Positions 4,398 to 8,647 of a DNA stretch of 8,647 bases are shown here, piece by piece. The notes beneath the pieces were generated by a model that was given only the letters and a program-made list of their open reading frames with translations, was not told where the DNA came from and made no database searches. A program made the translations under genes and the position numbers. Source of the DNA: a virus (lineage: Duplodnaviria; Heunggongvirae; Uroviricota; Caudoviricetes); the IMG/VR virus record IMGVR_UViG_2660238215_000009, one strand, 5' to 3'. Numbering within the stretch: the first letter of the stretch is position 1; every line of letters begins with the position of its first letter.

Positions 4398-7238
4398 TCA
4401 ATCTTTATCGTAAAAACTGCCACGCCCGGCACGGGCGCGCCGTTCCATTTCTGCCCTGACCATTTCACCGACCAGTTTCGCCAGTTCGCGGGGATTCTGC
4501 GTAACAACGTTATGCAGATGAACATGAATTTCACCGCCAAATCCGGAGGCAACAGGCTCCCGGTTACGGGAAGTTACAGGAACTGATGCCACTGGAGATC
4601 GTATGGCCTCCGCCACCGGGCGGGAGCTGGCCGCAACAACAGGGACCAGCGCCGGAGGCAGCGGAGCCGGGACCACGGGTGTGATATTAATTGCGGGGGG
4701 CTTACTGACCTGCGCAATCTTCCGCTCCTGCCACTCCCCACGAACGGCAAGTGCGCGGGGCAGGTTCTTAAAGACAATATCGCCGGGGCCAATGCGTTTT
4801 TTCGTCTCCTCAACCAGCTTACCTGTGTTATCAGCAATTTTGCTGAGTCTGCGCAGCGTACCGGTATTGCTGTCTGTGAGCGGTTTATTGTCTTTGGGGT
4901 TATCACCTCCGGTACCATTGCCATTTTCCACAGGCTTCGGCGGATTGATTTTCGCCAGGTCCCCCTGAAGCAAGGCAACCTTGTCCTGAAGAATGGCCGC
5001 ACGCTGTGCGTCTTCGATTTTCTTGCGCGCCCTTTCCGCTTCATCCGGAAGGACGCCAAGTTTTTCAAGTATCCACGCCAGCGTATCCAGCAGCATTTTT
5101 GCAGGTGTCAGAACAAGCTGTAACGCACCGCCAAGAACGTTACCGAATATCTCGCCAGCACTGGTACATTTATCCAGCGTTTCCTTGCTGGACTCCATCG
5201 GTGACAGCAGCGATTTAAACCAGTTAAACACCTGGCTGATCCCGCTCCCGATTGCGTCAAAAACAGGACCAAACCGTTCAAAGGTTTCGCGCAACGGGGT
5301 CAGCCTTTCCATAATCCCGCTGAACACCCCGGCAAAAAATGCCCTGATGGGATCCCAGTATTTCCAGATAAGAACGGCAGCTCCGGCAAGCGCAGCCACG
5401 ATAAGACCAACCGGACTGAACAACGCCCCGATAGCGCCTCCCAGTAAAGAAACGGAACCCGTCACCATTCCCCATAGTGCTGGCAGAACCCTGACAGCAT
5501 TCATTGATCCGGTCAGGAGGGAAAAACCAAGACGCAGTTTTGCCAGCGGGCCAGCAAGCACACCAATAGCCAGCGACAACGAGCCAACCGTTGCAGTCAT
5601 TGCCAGCAGTGCACCGCCTGCAATCAGTAGCTGGCGCGTCAGTGCGGGATGGGCCTGCGCCAGCGCCGTCACCTTTGATACCACACGCGTGAGCCACTGC
5701 GTGACAGAACGCAGCGGACCGTCAATCAGATCTGCAATGCGGATGCGCAACCCTTCCCATGCACTGCTGAGTGATTTCAAATCGCCGTCAAGGTTGTTGG
5801 CCATAACCTTTGCCGTGCGTTCAGCCTCACCGCGCGCGCCTTCAAGTTCTTTTCTCAGTTTGGGTAAGGAGCCGTCACCTGCCGCATCAACGAGGGCCAT
5901 AAATGATGTGAAAGCCTCTTCTCCGGCAATGTCCTTAAAGAACGATACCCGGTCAACTTCCCCGTATTTGCGGGTAGCTTTATAAAGGTCAGCCAGCACA
6001 TCCTCCATCGGGCGCATTTTGCCCCCGGCATCCGAGACAGACACGCCAAGCTCTTTCAGCGCCTCTGCTGCCGCCTTTGGCGGTGATGCCAGACGAGCCA
6101 GGCTGGCACGCATTGCCGTACCAGCATCACTCCCCCTGATACCCATATTCGCCAGCACGCCCGCCATCGCTGCGGCCTGCTCCAGCGATATTCCCAGCTT
6201 ACCCGCCACCGGACCTGCATATTTCATGGTTTCACCCAGTGCGCGAAGGTCAGTGTTGGTACGGGTAAACGCTGCGGTGAGTGTGTCGCCGACCCGGTCC
6301 ATCTGGTCAGCAGAAAGACCGAACTGCGTCAGAATATTTGAGCCAATATCCGCCGTCTCACCGAGGTCCATACCGCCAGCCGTTGCCATGCTCAGTACGC
6401 CAGGGAGCGCAGCCTGAATGGCCTGTGGTGTGAAGCCAGCCATTGCAAGAAATGCCTGCCCACTGGCGGCATCGCCTGCGGTGAACTGCGTTTCAGAGCC
6501 AAGTTTTAACGCCTGCTCACGCAGCGCCTTAAACTGCGGGCTGTTTTTGTCGATTCGCGTCAGTGCCTGAACGCGGGACATCTCTTTCCCGAACCCGATC
6601 GCAGGCTGCAAAAAACGCCCGGCAGCATAGCCGCCCGCCGCTGCCGCACCAATTGCCAGCGCACCACCTGTTTTCAGTTTTCCCGCTGTTTCCTGCGCGC
6701 GCGAATACCGCTCACGCGCCTGCGTTACACGCGCAAGCGCCTGCCGTTCGCGTTCAAGCTGGTTGTTGTACTGTTCGGTGCGTCTGATGGCCTGCTGGAT
6801 GGTGTTATCGCTGCCTGTCAGGGAAATGCCGTGGCGTTTCAGCTCTCCGCCAATCTCCCGCATTTTCTGAATTTCCCGTGTGCGCGATTCATTCAGGCGT
6901 TCAAGCCGGGTGCTTAACTGCTGCATCAGCTTTTGTTGTTTTTCGCTGAGCACTGTACCCGTGCGTTGTAACTGATTAAGGGCGTTAAGCTGGCGTCGTG
7001 CTTTCACGATACCCGCATCCGCTTTACTGACAGCGTCGCGGGCGCGCTCAAATGAACGCGCCTGACGCTCGAGATTTTTGATCGCCCCCTGCGTTCGCTG
7101 GATGGAGTCACCAAACTGCCCCATCAGGCGGCGGGCGTTTTCGGCAGGCCGGGTCAGCCTGTCAACGGCGCTGAAAGCGACCCGGATATCAAGAGTCTTC
7201 ATTGTCTGCATTCCCGCTGCGAAGTGCCGCCCGCTCAC
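4398..7238 (-). CDS. T: Tail tape measure protein (P2 gpT-like)
   Basis: 946-aa ORF, Ala/Gly/Leu-rich with long hydrophobic helical stretches and coiled-coil-like Q/R/E-rich N-terminal region; located downstream of the E/E' frameshift pair as in all long-tailed phages. Start uncertain: GTG at 7238, or ATG at 7211 or 7202; overlaps the end of E'. Confidence 0.85.
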   Translation of the reverse strand: MSGRHFAAGMQTMKTLDIRVAFSAVDRLTRPAENARRLMGQFGDSIQRTQGAIKNLERQARSFERARDAVSKADAGIVKARRQLNALNQLQRTGTVLSEKQQKLMQQLSTRLERLNESRTREIQKMREIGGELKRHGISLTGSDNTIQQAIRRTEQYNNQLERERQALARVTQARERYSRAQETAGKLKTGGALAIGAAAAGGYAAGRFLQPAIGFGKEMSRVQALTRIDKNSPQFKALREQALKLGSETQFTAGDAASGQAFLAMAGFTPQAIQAALPGVLSMATAGGMDLGETADIGSNILTQFGLSADQMDRVGDTLTAAFTRTNTDLRALGETMKYAGPVAGKLGISLEQAAAMAGVLANMGIRGSDAGTAMRASLARLASPPKAAAEALKELGVSVSDAGGKMRPMEDVLADLYKATRKYGEVDRVSFFKDIAGEEAFTSFMALVDAAGDGSLPKLRKELEGARGEAERTAKVMANNLDGDLKSLSSAWEGLRIRIADLIDGPLRSVTQWLTRVVSKVTALAQAHPALTRQLLIAGGALLAMTATVGSLSLAIGVLAGPLAKLRLGFSLLTGSMNAVRVLPALWGMVTGSVSLLGGAIGALFSPVGLIVAALAGAAVLIWKYWDPIRAFFAGVFSGIMERLTPLRETFERFGPVFDAIGSGISQVFNWFKSLLSPMESSKETLDKCTSAGEIFGNVLGGALQLVLTPAKMLLDTLAWILEKLGVLPDEAERARKKIEDAQRAAILQDKVALLQGDLAKINPPKPVENGNGTGGDNPKDNKPLTDSNTGTLRRLSKIADNTGKLVEETKKRIGPGDIVFKNLPRALAVRGEWQERKIAQVSKPPAINITPVVPAPLPPALVPVVAASSRPVAEAIRSPVASVPVTSRNREPVASGFGGEIHVHLHNVVTQNPRELAKLVGEMVRAEMERRARAGRGSFYDKD

Positions 7239-7425
7239 GCCAGCTAACCACTTCGCCGGGCGTCATCATGAAGATTTCGGCGGGCGACCAGTTAAAAATA
7301 ACGGCAATATCTGCCACAAAGTCTTCTATGTGCTCAAAGCACACAACCGTGATCAGGCTTCCGTCGCCTGTTCGTTCTTCCCGCCAGAGTCCGCACCGCT
7401 CAAAAAATTTACGGCAACCACACAT
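7189..7425 (-). CDS. E': E' extension frame of the tail assembly chaperone; expressed only as an E+E' fusion by -1 frameshifting
   Basis: ORF in the -1 frame relative to E, overlapping its 3' end and the tape-measure start. After the slip the sequence reads ...NFL-ERCGLWREERTGDGSLITVV..., which matches this ORF. Stop at 7189-7191. Confidence 0.7.
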   Translation of the reverse strand: MCGCRKFFERCGLWREERTGDGSLITVVCFEHIEDFVADIAVIFNWSPAEIFMMTPGEVVSWRERAALRSGNADNEDS

Positions 7426-7718
7426 AACTGAATAAAGTCACGGGATGCCATTTTTTTGATCGTCACTTCATCCAGTCGCGGTGATGTCACGCGTGACAGC
7501 AGCGTAAACATGGATTCCGCTTTCAGATTCAGCACATCAGACAGCGACAAATCTCGCAGAGATCCAGCCTGCTCAATAGCCCCGGTGATCTCCACATACG
7601 TGATTTTTTCGCCGCCTCGCTCAATTGGTTGGGTAAGTTTTACGCCACGCTCACTGGTTTCTTTCACAGTGTCAGCAACTACCGTGTTTTCGGTATCGAT
7701 GTTTTTCGTCTCTTTCAT
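7353..7718 (-). CDS. E: Tail assembly chaperone (P2 gpE-like)
   Basis: 121-aa acidic ORF immediately upstream of the tape-measure gene with a strong RBS (AAGGAG, 7-nt spacer) before the ATG at 7716-7718; contains the slippery site near its 3' end. Confidence 0.8.
   Translation of the reverse strand: MKETKNIDTENTVVADTVKETSERGVKLTQPIERGGEKITYVEITGAIEQAGSLRDLSLSDVLNLKAESMFTLLSRVTSPRLDEVTIKKMASRDFIQLCVVAVNFLSGADSGGKNEQATEA
7401..7407 (-). other. Programmed -1 ribosomal frameshift slippery heptamer T_TTT_TTG (minus strand)
   Basis: Minus-strand sequence AAT TTT TTG AGC (N-F-L-S in the E frame). An X_XXY_YYZ heptamer at the point where the E and E' frames overlap, the same type of site described for the P2 E/E+E' pair. 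Confidence 0.75.
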
Positions 7719-7772
7719 CAGGAAACTCCTTTCAGTCAGAGGCGACGCACTGCGCCGCCTGCATATTACTTA

Positions 7773-8285
7773 TCAGCCAAGCCCAAGCGCGGAACGGATG
7801 CGATCGGGCACAATGTCCTTGCCGTCCTTCCGGTAAATGAAGTTCAGCAGGTCAATCTCCCACAGCGGGCGATCGTTAACGCTCAGCTTGTAGTAGGTGT
7901 TTTTAATGGCGTAAGAGTGTGATGTGGCTTCGCCCTGTTTGGCTTCCCCCATATCAATTTCCGTCACACGTCCGCGCATTTCGACTTCATACAGGTCGCT
8001 TTCTGCATCGGTGTAGTATTCACCCGCAAAACGCAGCAGCGTGCCGTCAATCGTGCCGCCATACTTAAGGAACAGCTCACGAACTGCGCCCCCCATGACA
8101 AAGCTCGCATCAAGCGCGGAGTCGTCCAGACCGAGATCAATACTTACCGCACCCATCATGCCACCACCCCAGTAGCTGTCGGTTTTGCGCGTCAGCTTAG
8201 GCAGAGTGACGGACGTCACCTTACCCACTTCGTTTTCACCATCCACAAACAGCGTAAAAAAGCGAAGATGTTTTGGCACAGCCAT
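7773..8285 (-). CDS. FII: Major tail tube protein (P2 gpFII-like)
   Basis: 170-aa ORF MAVPKHLRFFTLFVDGENEVGKVTSVTLPKLTRKTDSYWGGGMMGAV..., resembling contractile-tail tube proteins. ATG at 8283-8285 overlaps the sheath stop (TGATG). Confidence 0.85.
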   Translation of the reverse strand: MAVPKHLRFFTLFVDGENEVGKVTSVTLPKLTRKTDSYWGGGMMGAVSIDLGLDDSALDASFVMGGAVRELFLKYGGTIDGTLLRFAGEYYTDAESDLYEVEMRGRVTEIDMGEAKQGEATSHSYAIKNTYYKLSVNDRPLWEIDLLNFIYRKDGKDIVPDRIRSALGLG

Positions 8286-8647
8286 CAGGCACCTCCCAGC
8301 ACCGCAAATGCGGGTTCAAAGTATTCATCAGTAAACGTCTGGTAAAGCTCCATATCTTCCAGCGGGGGAACAGGCGTATATTTGTAGCGAATACGCACAC
8401 GCCCCTGACGTAAATCCGTGGTGCTGTTATCCACCACGTCATACCAGCACTCCGCGCCAATCAGTTTCCCGGCAGTAACCAGTGAATCCAGTTTTGCCCT
8501 GATGGCACTGATAACATCCTTCACGTTCGCAGGCGTCAGTGGACTGTCGATGGTTTCAAACTGCGCTTCCGCAATTGAATCAGCCAACACCTGTGCGGTT
8601 CGGGTATACACCTCAAAGATGTAGGCGTTCGTTTCCGGTGTGCGGTT
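8285..8647 (-). CDS. FI: Tail sheath protein (P2 gpFI-like), C-terminal part; 5' end lies beyond the window
   Basis: Frame is open from the window edge (8647) to TGA at 8285-8287; C-terminal sequence ...RVRIRYKYTPVPPLEDMELYQTFTDEYFEPAFAVLGGA. Position immediately upstream of the tube gene fits sheath-tube order. Confidence 0.75.
   Translation of the reverse strand, partial: NRTPETNAYIFEVYTRTAQVLADSIAEAQFETIDSPLTPANVKDVISAIRAKLDSLVTAGKLIGAECWYDVVDNSTTDLRQGRVRIRYKYTPVPPLEDMELYQTFTDEYFEPAFAVLGGA

Noticed and set aside
3282-4586. Antisense or overlapping ORFs 3282..3569 -, 3622..3900 -, 3983..4207 +, 4335..4586 +
   Set aside because: They lie inside the invertase or the gpU / tape-measure genes on the opposite strand or in another frame, with no RBS and no recognisable protein features.
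4574-6787. Multiple ORFs overlapping the tape-measure gene (e.g. 4993..5985 + 330 aa, 4574..5068 -, 4603..4968 +, 5278..5697 -, 6019..6417 +, 6563..6787 +)
   Set aside because: Typical spurious open frames in a long GC-rich gene; translations are low-complexity (Ser/Pro/Arg/Ala-rich), and the 946-aa minus-strand frame is the clear coding frame.
7719-7772. Imperfect GC-rich stem-loop between the tube and E genes (ggcgacgcactgcgccgcc)
   Set aside because: Short stem with a mismatch and no following U-run on the transcribed strand; too weak to call a terminator or attenuator by eye.
7078-8624. ORFs 7078..7431 +, 7202..7435 +, 7456..7836 +, 7629..7922 +, 8236..8460 -, 8418..8624 +
   Set aside because: Antisense or alternative-frame shadows of the E, tube and sheath genes. 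The one real overlapping frame in this area is E' (7189..7425 -), supported by the slippery heptamer.

Overview
This window looks like the tail-fibre and tail-shaft region of a P2-like myovirus or prophage, with a serine-invertase tail-fibre switching system between two convergent gene blocks. On the + strand: a 5'-partial tail-fibre gene (1..1152, interrupted by a 227-nt N-run at 687..913) and an overlapping tail-fibre assembly chaperone gene (1152..1763). On the - strand: three tandem, promoterless alternative fibre-tip cassettes (1770..3256), each starting with a ~220-bp conserved block that encodes a phage tail-collar domain and carries a candidate 26-bp invertase crossover site. A Pin/Gin/Hin/Cin-family DNA invertase follows on the + strand (3271..3870). 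The rest of the - strand carries P2-type tail genes: gpU-like (3897..4391), tape measure (4398..7238), chaperone E with a -1 frameshift extension E' (7189..7718, slippery TTTTTTG at 7401..7407), tail tube (7773..8285) and the 3' end of the tail sheath (8285..8647, runs off the window). The most interesting feature is the multi-cassette inversion system (a shufflon-like arrangement, broadly like p15B Min, Mu G or P1 C, but with three stacked cassettes and a single chaperone gene). All family assignments are from reading the ORF translations by eye and from memory of these families; no search or alignment was run.
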